A DNA stretch of 64,000 nucleotides from Laetmonice hystrix (lineage: Eukaryota): positions 40,302,001 to 40,366,000 of the forward strand of contig OZ249436.1 of the NCBI GenBank assembly GCA_965235115.1, written 5' to 3'. Under the pieces are notes generated by a model that saw nothing but the letters and a program-made list of their open reading frames with translations, ran no database searches and was not told the origin of the DNA. Position numbers and translations under genes: made by a program. This document shows, piece by piece, positions 1 to 14,100 of the stretch (the stretch's first letter is position 1; every line of letters starts with the position of its first letter).

Positions 1-3000
1 GTTTACCATCATGGTCCTGATCAAACATGGCAAAGGCAGTCCGCAGTTCTGAAAATGTGAAATCGAAAGAAAACCTTGACTTTGTTCAACTCAGAGCCAA
101 CTTATAGGCTATTACCCTTTCACGATATAGACCCAGTGAAAGCGCCTGAATGCGCATTCTATGTATTCGTAAAATTCAGACTATAGAGGGGCAAACTGTC
201 AATAGACCGAACTCACCTTATCACCCACCCCACACCCACACCCACCCCACATCCACACCGGACAAAACTCACTCTTGCCACGACGCGCTCCTGATAGGCC
301 CCCGGGATTTAGCCATCTTAAAGCAATCAGCGAGTAGGGGCCTATCTCTCATTTCAATGACTCCAAAATGCAGACACGTACTGTAATTAAGGCCTTAGAC
401 TACATAAATCAATAAATGTATACCCATAGAAATGGAGAAATCTGATGAAATTCAACATTCCAGTTGCCTGTTGTCGCCATGCAACGAACATCTCATGGCT
501 GGTTGTTGACTTGGCATTGACTTAAACAGCCAATGAAATTCATTGTATAATTATCGCCTATTACATAACATATTTAGATTTCCTTATCATATAAATAACA
601 GAACGATTATAAATCCAGCAGGTCAACAAGTGTTTGAAGACAGCTACGTGTGGTCTACATCCAGACTGGTCTATAAAGGTCTCTGCTCTTGTTCGGTCAT
701 GAGCAATGATGAGGTAGCGGGACTGTGCCAATAACCCCGTTTGAGAAGGTGCTACTCACTGGGTTGTAGCATACAAGAGAGGTCTTTTGAAATGTCACGC
801 TGATAGATGTGGAACCCCGGGACGCCTTTTATCTGCATCAGGTAACATGTAGGTTCCGGTCGCATGAAGGAGATTAATGTGAATATGTATGTTCATGTGG
901 ACTTGTCTGCTGGATGTTATTGTATGTTATACATGTACCTCGATGATGAGTATTCAGAGAGATACAGAAAAAGATCAAATCCCACCACTTGGTGTCTTGA
1001 GAAATTTCCAGAATTAAAAAAAAACTCAAAGCAGCGCAGTTTTATGATTTCAGCACCTATTATTCGTGCCTCGATGGTGTTTCTGCAGTTTTTAGACGAA
1101 TGATCTATAGCGGTTACCACCAGTTACTATAGAGTAGGCCTACCATAGAAACAGTCCATGTCAGGTACATAAACAGGACAGGCCAACTGGCCGCCTTATG
1201 TATAGTCAGGTATGTTGGGCTAAGAATATCAGAGGTATTCACCAGAACGGTGCCGCGACCGGTGCATGCTGTCTGTAGATGGAGCAGACCATACACTTAC
1301 TGTACAAAAGTATTACAACATGCCCTCTTTAGAAGTTCTCGGTAGTAATACTAGAGGCGCACATTCAACCGTATCCTGTCACTTTCACATACATGTAGAT
1401 GTCGAAGTTTGTTGTATAAAAGTAGCATGGAAACCTTAGTCAGAGTGCAGAAGGACGTTCGCTTTGGTGTCACCATGCCAAAAATGCAAAACGGGGAGAA
1501 ATGGTCAATCGCCATAGTTCGGTCACGTGGCTATAGCTCTACCCTACACAATACTAAATGACTTGAGTCTCATCATGAAACATTAAAACTACGTTTAATA
1601 TTGAATGTTTCAGTGTGTGTACGCGTAATCCCTCCCATCATAATAACTGTTTTTGTCTCCGAGTTTATAAGAAGATTTCTGTTCATATAGCATACCTCTA
1701 AGGTCATCCTCAGCACGGCTATCCTGCTGCAAGAAAAACATGGTACAAGGTTATAACGTGGTGGAATATTAAAAAGCTAATGTTTATGTAGCAGTACATT
1801 TTATTGCCATCAGTGATCACCGATGTCACATTATAACTACTGAGGCCACTGTCACGGTAATTAACAGAAGTAAGTCGTATCTCATACTTAACAACTTCGA
1901 GACATGCAACCTAGCGGGTGTCCGACGAGAGGTGGCCAGGAGGCTGCACTAATTCTACACATTCGGACATTAACATACCGCAGGCCCTGAGAAATATAGG
2001 TATTTGAGCAGGCTGTCTGCAGATGGTGTGGACGAAGATTACTGTTAACCAACACACACCATGCTTGACCTGACCTGAGGGGGACTGCCTAAACGTCTGC
2101 CAAACGAGGACAGACCACTGAGTGTGGTTAGCGAGCCTTCTTTACCACGCCTTTAAGATGCCCTGTTCATCGTCTGTGTGGTGTGCATGCCTTCGGCGGA
2201 AAACCGTTAACTCGATCTTTCACCAGGCAGATGTCCATAAAAAATACCTTTGCTTCACACCTAGAGTCCTTTACATATAGTCAGCGTGCCAATCGTCAGA
2301 GGGCGACCTTTTAAAAGTGCCATCCAAACCACTGTGATTGGTCTGCGTGGGGTACAAAGTATTGTATACGTTACCCGACCGGTCGCAAATCCATTGTTTT
2401 GAGATTTTGTCCTGAGAGAGAGAGGGTGGCTACTTTCGTCAGGAGTTAAGAAGGGCAACAGTTTGTTTGCCCGTCGACACCAACAGCAAACACACAGTGG
2501 CCAGTGTATACCCGGGCCCCAATGCCGTTTGTTTGCCACGTCTAGCTATATTAGAAAAAGCCTCACAGCATGCCTGTTGTGAATAAGTCCAAAGCTGGTT
2601 GTTTTCTTTTTCTCCACAGAAAAGGGGCAGCAGCGGAACGTCAATTCAGTTTATTGCACTACAGGATCACTCTTCTATCTCTGTGCTTTATTGCAAGTTC
2701 CGGGTCCATGCATGAAGTTAATTGGCTTCGTCAGCATAATACATTTTACCCTTTCACTGGGAATCAGATATGTGTTAGGTAAATACTGCGCCAATATTCG
2801 AACTACACAGGCCCACATCTGCTCTAGAATTCTGTTGGAAAATTGGGGAAATTATATAGCAATTCTCTAAAAGCAGTAGGTTATCAAGAAAGGTTAACCC
2901 TATATAATAGACCTACATATTCGTGGCACAGAGTTGATGGGAAATATTTAATTGATCTAATTTCTTTTCTTTTTTTCTGTATGACTCTTTATTTGCGAAA

Positions 3001-3309
3001 GTTATGTATAGATTTAAGCCTATATGAATCAAGTTATTTGAAGTATATATAAGCGTTGCCTTAATGTATATGCCTACACTTTTATTGGCATATTTATCTA
3101 ATGTGGGCCTCAATAGTGCATGAGAATATGTGTTACCCAAAAAATCATCTCTTTTAGAGAAGATTCATGACATGAACTTTGTTAAAAATGCTCTCCTGAA
3201 GGTATAACTTTAGTCCACTTACCCGTAATTTATCCCGTCGTTTTGGTGCCACTGGTGGAGGCTTAGGACGATCACGACTCCGACGCTGAGCATCCATGGT
3301 CAGCGACAT
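1..3309 (-). CDS. Calmodulin-like EF-hand protein, 5' part (gene continues beyond window start)
   Basis: Exons 3309-3223 (MSLTMDAQRRSRDRPKPPPVAPKRRDKLR, donor gtaagt, phase 0), 1726-1696 (QDSRAEDDLR, 31 nt, ttgcag acceptor, gtatgc donor, phase 1) and 48-<1 (ttttcag acceptor; ELRTAFAMFDQDHDGK). FDQDHDGK is a canonical EF-hand loop start preceded by a CaM-type E-helix. The first exon assignment is less certain than the other two. Confidence 0.7.
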
Positions 3310-5641
3310 CCCACAGCTGTGGCGATGACCAGGTATATAGTCTGCTCTGGTAATGACGCCTGTGTTGGCAGGTCTCTGACCGGCGCTCCAGGAATGCCAA
3401 CACTGGATGATGCTGGATATGGTTGTGTCCTCGATCTGCACTACGGACCTGTCGTCTGGTCCAGTTTTACCCAGACGTCCCAAGTTCACAGCGCCACTGA
3501 AACTGTGCACATGATCCGCCCATGCATACACCAAATGGACCGACCGTCTCGCTGGGTGCAGCTTGGACTGCCAGCCAGAGTGTCCCCAAACACGCGGTTA
3601 CGCTCAGTTTGGCCTCTATATACCTGTGTCCGCTGACTCCTGCTGCTGACGACTGTGCCAAACTATGTCATCTGTTTCTGGTTAATTATGATTCCCTAGA
3701 CCTACAGATGGAGTGGCTTGTACGATCTGCCAAATGTAGGTGCATAAAGTCTGTTGAATATAACATTATGTCCAAATTTACATAGATACCTGTCTGGTCA
3801 CATTAATTAGTTCTGACGACCGTGCGACTCTTTAAGAAATACATATTCACATAATTAGGCCCTATGTAGCCTAGAGGTATTTTCTAAAGAAAAATAAATA
3901 GTACTATAAAGCGGGGAACACACCTGACGCGATGCGATGCGATTATGAAAAGCTTCTAATGGTTTTCAGCGAGTGTGAACACACCTGAAGATCCCGCGAC
4001 GTGCAGCTTCGTGCAGCCTGAATGTCACCAGCTGAAGAATATTGATACTGCGATTCCAGATGATTCAATTCACAGAATAAGTGGGGGCCGGACAAGGTCC
4101 GCCCACCCAATTCTAAGTAAACTTTTCTCTCTCTTTTTTTTTATCTCTGATATATTATTGTCCTTAGGCTATACTTGGCACTGTTGGACGTCTTCTTTTT
4201 CAGGCTTGGGAGGAACCTGTTTTTTAAGCGTTATAGGCCTAAGTATCCGCGTATCAAGCCGTGCGCAGGATTTTTATTTTTTTTTTGGGGGGGGGGGGGG
4301 TTACACATGGGCCAGGGGAAGCTAGGGGGTGCAGGGTATGCCGGAAAATTTTGGAATTTAAGGTGCATGGAGGCCTACATTGGTGGAAGTTGTTGCATCT
4401 TAGAGCACAAAATAAGGACTGAAATAACGCGTCAACCCCCTATATATAGGCCTATATTGATTTTGGAGGGGGGGGGGGGGGTTACAGACACGCCGGAACC
4501 TCCCCTGGGCACGGCCCTGGGTGTGAACATGTAGGCCGACCTTGATGCCTCGTCTTTTACCTTTATGTAAACGCCAAGTAAGTAAATTGCTCTGAAGAAA
4601 GCAATCAGGAATTCTTTAGTCAATGCCCCAATTTTGCCGGATGCCTTCCGGTTATACACATTAGGCAATTTCATCATGTGCGTATTTCGCAGCCGCTCAT
4701 GATGGCTTGAGTGTGCACTTCCAAGTTTGAGGGCTGTGTAATTAGGCCAAACTCGAGGGGCAGGTCGGCCAGCACAAGTTTGGGCAATTTCCCAAAGAAG
4801 ACGCCGCCCAGTTTACAACGTGCGTTCACCGTAACTTATGAGACACGGAACGCTATCCTGCAGCGGCTTATTAGCCATCGTGAATTTTACGAGTCCCCGA
4901 GACTGCTCTAAGCTAGTGTGTTTACAATATGTAAAAACTCTCTGACAGGTTCAGGTGTTAAGCCAGTTGAACAACCTCGGTTGGAACTTGGATGTGTCCA
5001 ATTAGGCTAGAGGTCGAATTGAGCGTGTCCTAGTTGTATTGTTTTAACAACCTTTGAGGACAAGCCTTTTCAATCTGCAGTGGCTTCCACCTTGTATGCA
5101 AAAATAGGAAATATTTTTAACCGAAGATATTTATATATCATTGAGCGAATAAATATACAAAATGGATAGCCTCTATAGTTTAATAAAACTAAATAATGAA
5201 TATCTCACACAACACGGCCACTTTATAGTGATTTTCAAGCAAATCGGGTAATTGCGAAACACCATGAAAGTGGGGGGAGAAGGGCTCCTCGTCAGCCCCC
5301 CCCCCCAATATCAAAATTGGGGGGGGGGGGGGGCTGGAGTGTGTTTCAGCCCCCCCCCCCCCCAACATTTGGGTGCTTTCTTGGTCGAGGTTCGTTTCAT
5401 GCCGATTTTCTATGTATCGCGCATAAAAATGATGCTCAGAAAACGCGTCTCCGGCATTCCTGAAAGAAAATTTCTGGGGGAGGACCCCCAGACCCCCCCC
5501 CCACGGCCCGCCTCGGTGGCCAGGAATTACCCCCCCCCAACCTTCAGCCCCCCCCCAACCTTCAGCCCCCCCCCCAACCAAAAAGAGCTTCCTACGCCTA
5601 TGATATACCTACTGATTGCACGTTACAAATTACATTTGTAC

Positions 5642-6040
5642 TTAAAACCCACACGGCAAATAAGGTTTCGGAGACCAAATGAAACACCAGCATTTACTTC
5701 AGGGCAATAAATGCCACAATTACGTTGTCTGAATGAAGTAATTAACGCGTAACCGCCCGACGTGTGACGCCGCGGCATATTGCGTAACATTACGTGTTAC
5801 ATACATGTACTCTGCTCACAGACCTTGTCTGTGTTTGGAGTCCCAGTCTTTGTAAACGTTTGTAAACGTCCGAGGTGATGAACACACCAGCAGGTCAAGG
5901 TCAGAACCAGCGGCGTCACACATCGGGCGGTTACACGTTAATTACTTCATTCAGACAACGTAATTGTGGCATTTATTGCCCTGAGGTAAATGCTGGTGTT
6001 TCATTTGGTCTACGAAACCTTATTTGCCGTGTGGGTTTAA
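5642..6040. mobile_element. MITE with ~130-bp terminal inverted repeats
   Basis: ttaaaacccacacggcaaataagg... at 5642 is mirrored by ...ccttatttgccgtgtgggtttaa ending at 6040; the arms pair over about 130 bp. Confidence 0.8.
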
Positions 6041-6753
6041 CTGAACCAGTGGGGGAGCAGGGGCGCCGCTGCCTATTTCAAAGTGGGGGGGGGGGGACAA
6101 TCTTGGTGTGTTTGACCTTTTCCCCCTAGATGTATGTACCATAAGAATTGCAAAATAACAGTGTATTCACCCCCCTCAAGGCGGACCCAGGATTTTCTTT
6201 GGGGGGGGGGGGGTGTCAGAAGGTGCCACGCGCCGAAAGGGGGGGGCGACCTTTTGCTCAAGATTAATGTAGGCCTATCAATCAGTGAGGGATTAATCAG
6301 GGGGCTTGCCTCCCCTTAGATCTTCCTTTTTTGTATGAAGATGTATTATACTATTAGTAGGCCTACCTACAGTTACAATGAAATCAAGCCGAGCGTAGCG
6401 AGGCTAAATTTTTTTTTAGGTGGGCCCACCTGGCCGTTGACATCACAAAAAACAGTATCAAGCAATATTTATCAGAAGCCAAAAAAGTTGACGATTAGGC
6501 CTAAAACACACTTTTACCGTCCCCATCCTACTTGCCACTTTCTATTCTACCACACTAGGCCTAGTAAAAATTGGTAAACCTCACTCATTATTTGAATACA
6601 TTCACGCATGAGGTCTTTTTCTTCAAAATCAAATAGGAAGGCCCAACATGGGGGTGAAAAATGTTGACGGCCACAGGCCTAACGCTGTCACACAATAATT
6701 AAAGCGTGGCCTAGATTTCCTAGAGCTTAAGATTGACCTGAATATTCAGCCTG

Positions 6754-6923
6754 GGGTGCGTTTCTGTAAGGAAAGATGTCCTTGCGCAAAGAGTCTTTCA
6801 AAAGAGTCTTTTCGAAACCAGTGTTAAAGAATAGAGTGTTATAGAAACACCACGTCGCCGCAAAGACTCTTTGGGTTCAGCGAGGGTCTCAAAGAGTCTT
6901 TTGGGCTTTATAGAAACGCACCC
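6754..6923. mobile_element. PIF/Harbinger-like MITE
   Basis: TIR gggtgcgtttct...agaaacgcaccc with 3-bp TSD ctg on both sides (6751-6753, 6924-6926). Confidence 0.75.
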
Positions 6924-9750
6924 CTGGTCTATGAGCTAAGCAAGAGACGGGTACAGGGGCAGATCCAGCTTTTTCAAGTAGGGGGAGCCAACGTTTTTAG
7001 GGACGCAACCGGTGTGACTGTACAAGCGCTTCGAAGACACAAAGCCTTGCTTGGGGGTCAAATTCAAGGTGTAATTTGGTGAAATCTGATGCATTTTGGA
7101 GCACAAAGCTATTTAAAGACCACTGATGTCAAAAGTCTTACGTAGCCCTACAATGCCGTGAGGCGCCATGAACGGCAGGAGGGGCGCCATGAAATATATA
7201 TATTTTAGGGGGGTCCAGACCCTATGTGACCCCCTACCCTGGATCCGCCAGTGTGGTAGGACTAAGGTACAGAGGGAAGCTGCAGGGCATCTAGGCCGCG
7301 GTTAGGCCCATATTAATTATAGAACAGCAAAGCATAGACCTATCTCCTAAACACATGACATAGGCTTCGGCCTGCGAAGGCCAAGATTAAAAATGATGAA
7401 AATCTATCTTTAATTTGCCTCCCATGGGCAATTCACCTTAAAAAGCTAGGCATAGCGAGTATAAGAAGACCTGTAGATCTATCCATTAGGCCTAGCTTCA
7501 ACTTCAAGGAGCCTTTGACCTTTTTAGGTCGCCAGCAAAAGTGGGGGGGGGGACATGTCCCCCCCGTCCCCCCCGGCAGCGGCGCCCCTGGGGAGCCAGG
7601 ATTTCAGGAAGGGGGGGGGGCACCTTTTAATGGATATCGATGGCCCATTTTCGGGGGGTAGGGGCTCCTTCCCAGATATTTTTGTTCGGGAACGCCAGAG
7701 ACGAGTTTTCTGAACATACGTATATGGAGTAGAAATGTTCCCCAAATCTTTCAACGAAATTTCTTTATTTTTATGCATGAAACATAGAAAATAAGAAAGT
7801 GTTTGGAAAATATGGATCAGTTAATAATTATTTTTGGCGTAAACATCCAGGCCCCGAGGTTAGTGTGATGGGTAGGCCTACATGGGGTGGTTGGGTGTGG
7901 GTGTAGATCTATGTGTGTGACACAACACCATGCTATGAAGGACGACCATAGTTTAGACCCGGGGACTGGATTTCGATTGGGGTTTGATGGGTGCGCAACA
8001 GCCATTCAGGCCCCTAATGTCGAGCTGGGCATTTTCGGTAGAAACCGGCGTACCCGGTAAAATCACGGACCTTGCAACAAGTAACCGATACATTCTTACA
8101 AAAAAGGTTATAGCAGCAGGTCACTCAGTATAGGGTACAGTAGAGTGTAGGCCTACCTGTAGCCTACAGGGGCGGATCAAGGATTTTGGTAACCTTGGGG
8201 GGTTAGGGAGAGAATTTGCTAAGGGGGGGGGGGGTCAGCATGGTAAATTCAGAGTTATATGGGGAAAAAAGAAAAATTGGTTGCCATGGGGGGGGGGGGG
8301 GTCGAATCCCCTAAACCACCTGCCCCCCCCCCCCAATTCCGCTAGTGCTGATCTCCCCTCAATCCCGACAAAACGCACTCGCATGGCACATAAGATGTGC
8401 AGTGTTTTTGTATTTGCGGGGTTCAACTTCTATTCGCGCGCTGTACCTACATGGAAAGAGAGCCTCATGGATATTGTTGTTTCACAATACATTTCTAAGA
8501 AATCGAAATACATACTGATAGGCCTACATCTCTGATCGTGTGTTTTCATCCGCTAGATTGCATTTATAACGATGGTTCGGTGGGTTGGGTGAAGGGCTTC
8601 GACGTGGTATACCACAACAGTTCTTATAAACATGGATCCATTTATTTTTGATGCAACCCCCCCTCTTTCGTTATCTTTTTCTCTAGAATTGATTTACTTT
8701 ACCGAACTTTCATTGATCGCGGGAGCCCTGTATATAAATACAGACCTCCCCATACAAGTGGGATCTAAACATTCCGACCACCTCGTACCGGTCGTGGCAA
8801 ACAGCTCGTTGCCCCTAGTTATGCACCAGTTGACATGAGAACTGCACTGTCACGAAAATAATAACATGTACACAGAAATAGATTGGCGCCTTTTTGAGAG
8901 ACGTCGCCCCCGCAGGTTTTCCTCTATTACGAAAACGAAGAGGGGGACACATTGACATAAATGCAAACTCATGTGTTTTTTATGTTACTATACGTCAACG
9001 GCGATTTTTGTCACCCCTCGTCACCGCTAAAATTGGCCTAAATCGTGCGGATAGCTCTATATGAGCGAATTCAAACTGTGACTCAGCATAAACTGAAAGT
9101 CACGTCACATACCTTCCAAACTACCAGATAAAATTAATGAAGCAACATATTAAGACAATTTCCATCTATTTTTATTTCAAAACGTGAATTTTAACATCCA
9201 TGCCGTCTGGTTATTAACGGAACTGTTCCCCTGAGCCTTCCGGTTACTCGATACTCGGCTACATGGCGACATGTCAGTGACCTCTAGTGAATGGGCATGA
9301 AGTAGTACATGTATCGTATCTTCCGAACCCCCAACCGCTATTCTCTCATCACGGGCGCCACTCAATCAGACTAGACATCAATAGAAACTTCAACATAGCT
9401 CGCGAGGACCTAATCTCCAGATCTCCCGTCCTTCTCTTATATTGGGAGGAAATATTGGACCGATTGTAGCTCTAGGAGCTCTGTAAAGATTATAGGACCT
9501 GTTCCGGCTGGATACCGATGAGACCCCCCCCCCCCCCCCTCCATTTACGAGACAGTAACAAAAGTATAAAATCAGCTCAACTTTTTTTTATGATGTGGTA
9601 AGTATGAGGACACAGTACACGAGTCGTCTGCTCACAACCCTGGCGATTGACGTTGCCAAATGTACCGTCGGCATGGACAATATTAAATCAACTCTTAGGA
9701 TTCTTTCTCCAGGCTCCAAAACGTCCATATGTAGTTGGTTAACTAATAAC

Positions 9751-10688
9751 TGGTTTGGGGCTTTAAATAAGATCGGGAATTTGAATGATCTCAATATTAC
9801 CATGGTGCACTGTTACCTCATACTACAACCTACTGCTATCTAGGTGTTGAACTAGACGGACAACTAACACTCAAACAAAACATTAACAAAGTAGTCAAGC
9901 AGACAAGTAACCGTATTTTTAAGCTGGGTAAACTCCGGAAATCCCTAACAAACGAGGTATGTTTAGCAATCTACAGACAAACAATACTGCCAATTTTTGA
10001 TTATTGTGGATTCATGCACGAAAGCGCAAATCGCGTTGAGTATGACCGCTTACAAAAACTCCAAAATCGAGGATTACGCCTCTGCCTACGGGCTAACTTG
10101 AGACAATATTCCATAGCCGAACTACATGCACTAACCGGAATAGATCTCTTAACTACCCGCAGGAAAAGGCAACTACTCCGGATAATGCATAAAAGAGCAA
10201 TAGCAGGCAAAGCCATAGTTAATAATAGACAGAGAACCAGAGGTGATCGTAAACTGCGCTTTGAACGGCGGCGAGCCCACACTGCCTTTTTTTTGAGAAG
10301 TCCCATGCAACGAGGTTTGAAAGAATGGGACAAGCTACATGCTGATATTCAGCACATTCCGTGCCCAAAATCGTTCAAAAGAGCCATTGACCAGATCTTA
10401 TAATTCCCTTGCAAGTTTCCTTTGCTTCCTGTACATTAACTCCTGGCCATTACCCACTGTATTATTGTAATTCTGTACTTTATTCATGTTAGTCATTTGT
10501 TGAACCATTTGTACATAAGTCATATTTTTGGTTGTGTTTACTGTTCAGATGGAAGTGAAAATGTGTTTTAATGCTTAATTGTCTTAACTAGGTTGAATTC
10601 TGTTACACTTCCTTTAACCACTCAAGGAAGAACGCCATGCTAGGCGATTGTTGTGGAAATAAACAACAACAACAAAAAAAAAAAAAAA
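9751..10688 (+). mobile_element. 5'-truncated LINE (CR1/L2-group-like) RT C-terminus with 3' UTR and tail
   Basis: WFGALNKIGNLNDLNIT, a frameshift, then an open frame 9831-10403 (YCYLGVELDGQLTLKQNINKVVKQ...ILPIFDYC...LQKLQNRGLRLCL) matching the RT thumb/C-terminal region of non-LTR elements. Ends with AATAAA, (AAC)n and poly-A at 10658-10688. Confidence 0.85.
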
Positions 10689-11166
10689 CTAAATATAAGC
10701 GTGGCTTATATCTTAAGGTAACAGATTCTAAATGACAGTTTTTGTCATTTTCGAGAAGATTTACGAACAGCCCTGTCTGTCAGTTGTATTTAGATTGCAA
10801 CAAGCAAATCTAAGCATATTCATAATTTTGTTAGGGATGCTTGCTGAAGCATCTCCAATATCCAGCCTGGTAAAATAACAGATAATGGTAAACTTTAGCA
10901 AACCTGCTTTCCGACTTTTATTCTTATTCACAAAACTGAAGCATGGAAAGCAGCTACGTACTGCTTCTCCAGAGAAACAAAGGGGAAGCCTTTCATTCTG
11001 AAAGGTTTTGCTTTAGAGGGCCAACTCATGTTTGATATCACAATCATCTGATATTTTATAAAACTATGAAACCTCCGGTAATACTGGCTATAGCGTATCT
11101 TAATCTGTTCGTTTCCTTTATTGTGATGATACTGTAACGCAGTAAACCCTTGACACGTCATCCTAG

Positions 11167-14100
11167 CTACTTGGTCGTCGGAACCTGTCCCATTCCAGCC
11201 ATCATGTTACTGGCGTCTCCAGAACTTATGTTTAACTTGGAGGGGTCAAACGGTTGACCCTTGAAGGGTGACCCCTCGGCATCCCACGCCTGCTTTAGCA
11301 TGTTGTGAACTTTCTGAAAGGGAGAAGAATTCCAGCTCATTAATGCAATTAGCAAAGCACTTTCTAAAGTCTTTATACACGCGCAAATGGGTACAGGAAA
11401 ACATCTAAGAATCTGGTATCAATTTTTTTCTCCCTCGTCTTTAAAATCCAATGTTTATGGCACTATAGGTAGGCTTATATGTCTCCGTAAAAACAGATAA
11501 TAAACACACATGTAATTTTGGGGACCAATTATAATACTAGTACTTCCTCTAATGTTAATGTAAAGTTGAAATTGACAAATCTGTCCGGACTCTCCATGTA
11601 ACGGGGTCATCTCAATTACAAGGAAGTTATTAGAATAGAATAGCTTCCTCGTCCCTGTTCTCCAGAAGTAGAGACAAGAGAACCACATGTATTAGCTAAG
11701 GCTCTATAAATGAACACAAATGGCCATAGTGTGAAAACTCATTGTCCAGACGCGAATGTCACCATCACTTCCCATTGTTAATCAGGCTGCTGCTTTCCCT
11801 GGGCATTGAAAACAATAGGACACACCTTTATCTTTGGAATCCATGATATATTCACACGTAAAACAATGGGTGTTAAAGGGAACACCACAGCTTTTGGTTT
11901 ATAGCAGGCCAGTTCCCATTGGGAACCTAGAGACCTAGGGATAATATACTGAACTAACTTCTTGGCCATCCTCAGACACATGTGGTCATCTATAAGCCGC
12001 ATCCCCAATTTATGAGTAGTTTGAGGAGAAAAAAAGTGCGGCTTGTACACGGAAGATTACGGTAATCATTCCTGGAAAAGTTTGTTGGAAAGGTTTCACT
12101 GTAAAAGTGACAACTTAGGTCAGAATTAATATTACTAGGTAGTCCTTTTCCTGGTATAAATTCTCAACCACAAACAAGCAATAAGATTCCCGGGAATTAA
12201 TACCTTATTTTCAATACCACACTGAAAAGGTAAACTTACTTGTTCCTGCGATTGTGGTTTGCCTAGTTTCTTCTGATGTTCATTGTACATCATTTCTTCA
12301 ATCTTGGCTTGTGCCTCATCATCGAGGTCGGTGATGGGACGGGAAGGATCTATTTTCCTCACAGATATTTGGGGTTCCCCTTCTAAAATTGCTTCCCACC
12401 ATCGCTCCTGTACCTTCTCTAGGTTTATCTATGCAAAAACGATCACAAATTAATTCGGTGTAACATATAAAAATTTGTGTCAATATTTTCATCTTACTGC
12501 AGATTTAGACTACTCAACTACTGTCGCCTGAAATAACATCACCAAAAGTCAGATGCTAATACAAATTGTAAAAAGATATTTCCTAACTCTGACAACAAAA
12601 TTGCTGTCTTTTTTTCTCCTACATAAAGCAGTTGCCTGGAGGCAGTCATACTGACATGTATGTGTTCTCCCGGTACGAGACTCCACATCGACTCTTCCTT
12701 TTGGATGTCCCACGTGAGGGCGCCATCGACCACTGTGACCCATGACCCATCCGTACCACGGTGACAGGCCTTCAACCTCTTCTTCTCTATTGTTACCGTC
12801 ACATCCTTGCCCTTACAGATGTACTTGGGCACCTGGCATATAAATAGGACACCAACGCAAACTATTCAGAGCCAAGAGGTCTGTGAAGCTATAAATTGTC
12901 ACTAACTTGCTTTTTTCTCTGGGGCAAGGCATGTTATCATTAAAATCCAGCTGGGTTGGGAGATAGGATGGAAAGTCTATGTCATTGTGACCTGACCATT
13001 TGTTTAGCAGTCATTACAATAAAGTAGAATATCAGAGGTCTTTACCCATTTAACCCAACCAAGGTGCCTAGATTTGTAAAAACATCAAATAAGGCAACTA
13101 TTGATATGTATAGTCTGTTCGCTCTAAGAAGAGCTCGACCTCGGCCTCATTAAAGCTCTCACCTGCCCCCTCCTCCCGTCTACCCACAGCTGGCGTATCA
13201 CAAGTCATCACCGCCTGTCATTCAAGAATATGACCAAATTCTACGTGGTTCTGTATTACCCCAAATGAAGTAATAGCTTTAATGAGGCCGAGGTCGAGCT
13301 CTTCTTAGAGTGAATAGACCATAAGTACATGTACAAGGAATCATGTTTGAATTAGAACCCCCCCCCCCCCCCTTTGTACCTTCACAATCCGTCAAGGTTT
13401 TCTATAAGGCACTCCAAAGAATCAGAGAGCAAGGCTGTGCTTGCTGCCATCTGGTGGCCAGTAGGTACATGAAGAGTTTCTGCCCTCACGCCTCAACACA
13501 TAGCAGCAATACCAGGCTGACATTGGACGAGGTCAGATTTCAGTGTGTTTGGTGTTAACTATCCGTTAACAGATTTGTTACACTAACATCGATTCTGATC
13601 CCGTGTTAAGTTGTTAACACCAGAAATCAAACACATCTGTAAAACATATTTATCTGCGCCTGTGTAGATGATCTCTTAACAGATCTGTTTAGTAAAACAT
13701 ACCAAAGAACATATGTACCCAGAATATAGGCCTATAGTTAAAATATATTTGGATGATTTTTTGGTCGAACATCCAGTATTTCATGCACCATAAAATTAAA
13801 TATAGCCAGAAAATATTGTATGAAAATACGAAAAAACTGAGCCTCTTAAAAAAAGAAAAGAAAAAGAACCACCAGGGATTTAGGTGGTGTTAACCTAACC
13901 AGCCTGTTCAGGTGCTCATGTTGGTACTAACAGTAACACGAAGCTTTAATCTGAAACCTAATCGATGTTAGTGTAACAGACCTGTTAACAGATGGTGTCA
14001 ACACAGCACACAAACTGAAATTTCACCTCACACAATATGTCTGTGCATCAGGACACCTGGTGGCCACCATTAGAACTGTACTGGTCTTGGAATCTGGCAT

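Larger units (their letters stand above)
4250..8350. repeat. Cluster of G/C-tract-rich MITE-like repeats
   Basis: Several short elements with poly-G/poly-C tracts and CAGGGGC(A/G)GATC-type ends, e.g. 6954-7253 (flanks gggta/tggta), ~8167-8347, and fragments near 4260-4520, 5280-5600 and 6050-6250. Related to the intact copy at 24668-24844. Confidence 0.6.

Noticed and set aside
424..480. Possible alternative first exon MATTGNWNVEFHQISPFLW (-) of the calmodulin-like gene
   Set aside because: It ends in phase 0 but lies downstream of the 31-nt exon, and the next exon needs phase 1.
4175..8535. Gly/Pro-rich ORFs
   Set aside because: Produced by poly-G/poly-C tracts of MITEs.
8880..9470. Possible decayed coding or retroelement fragment
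   Set aside because: No motif I can assign in the frames examined.
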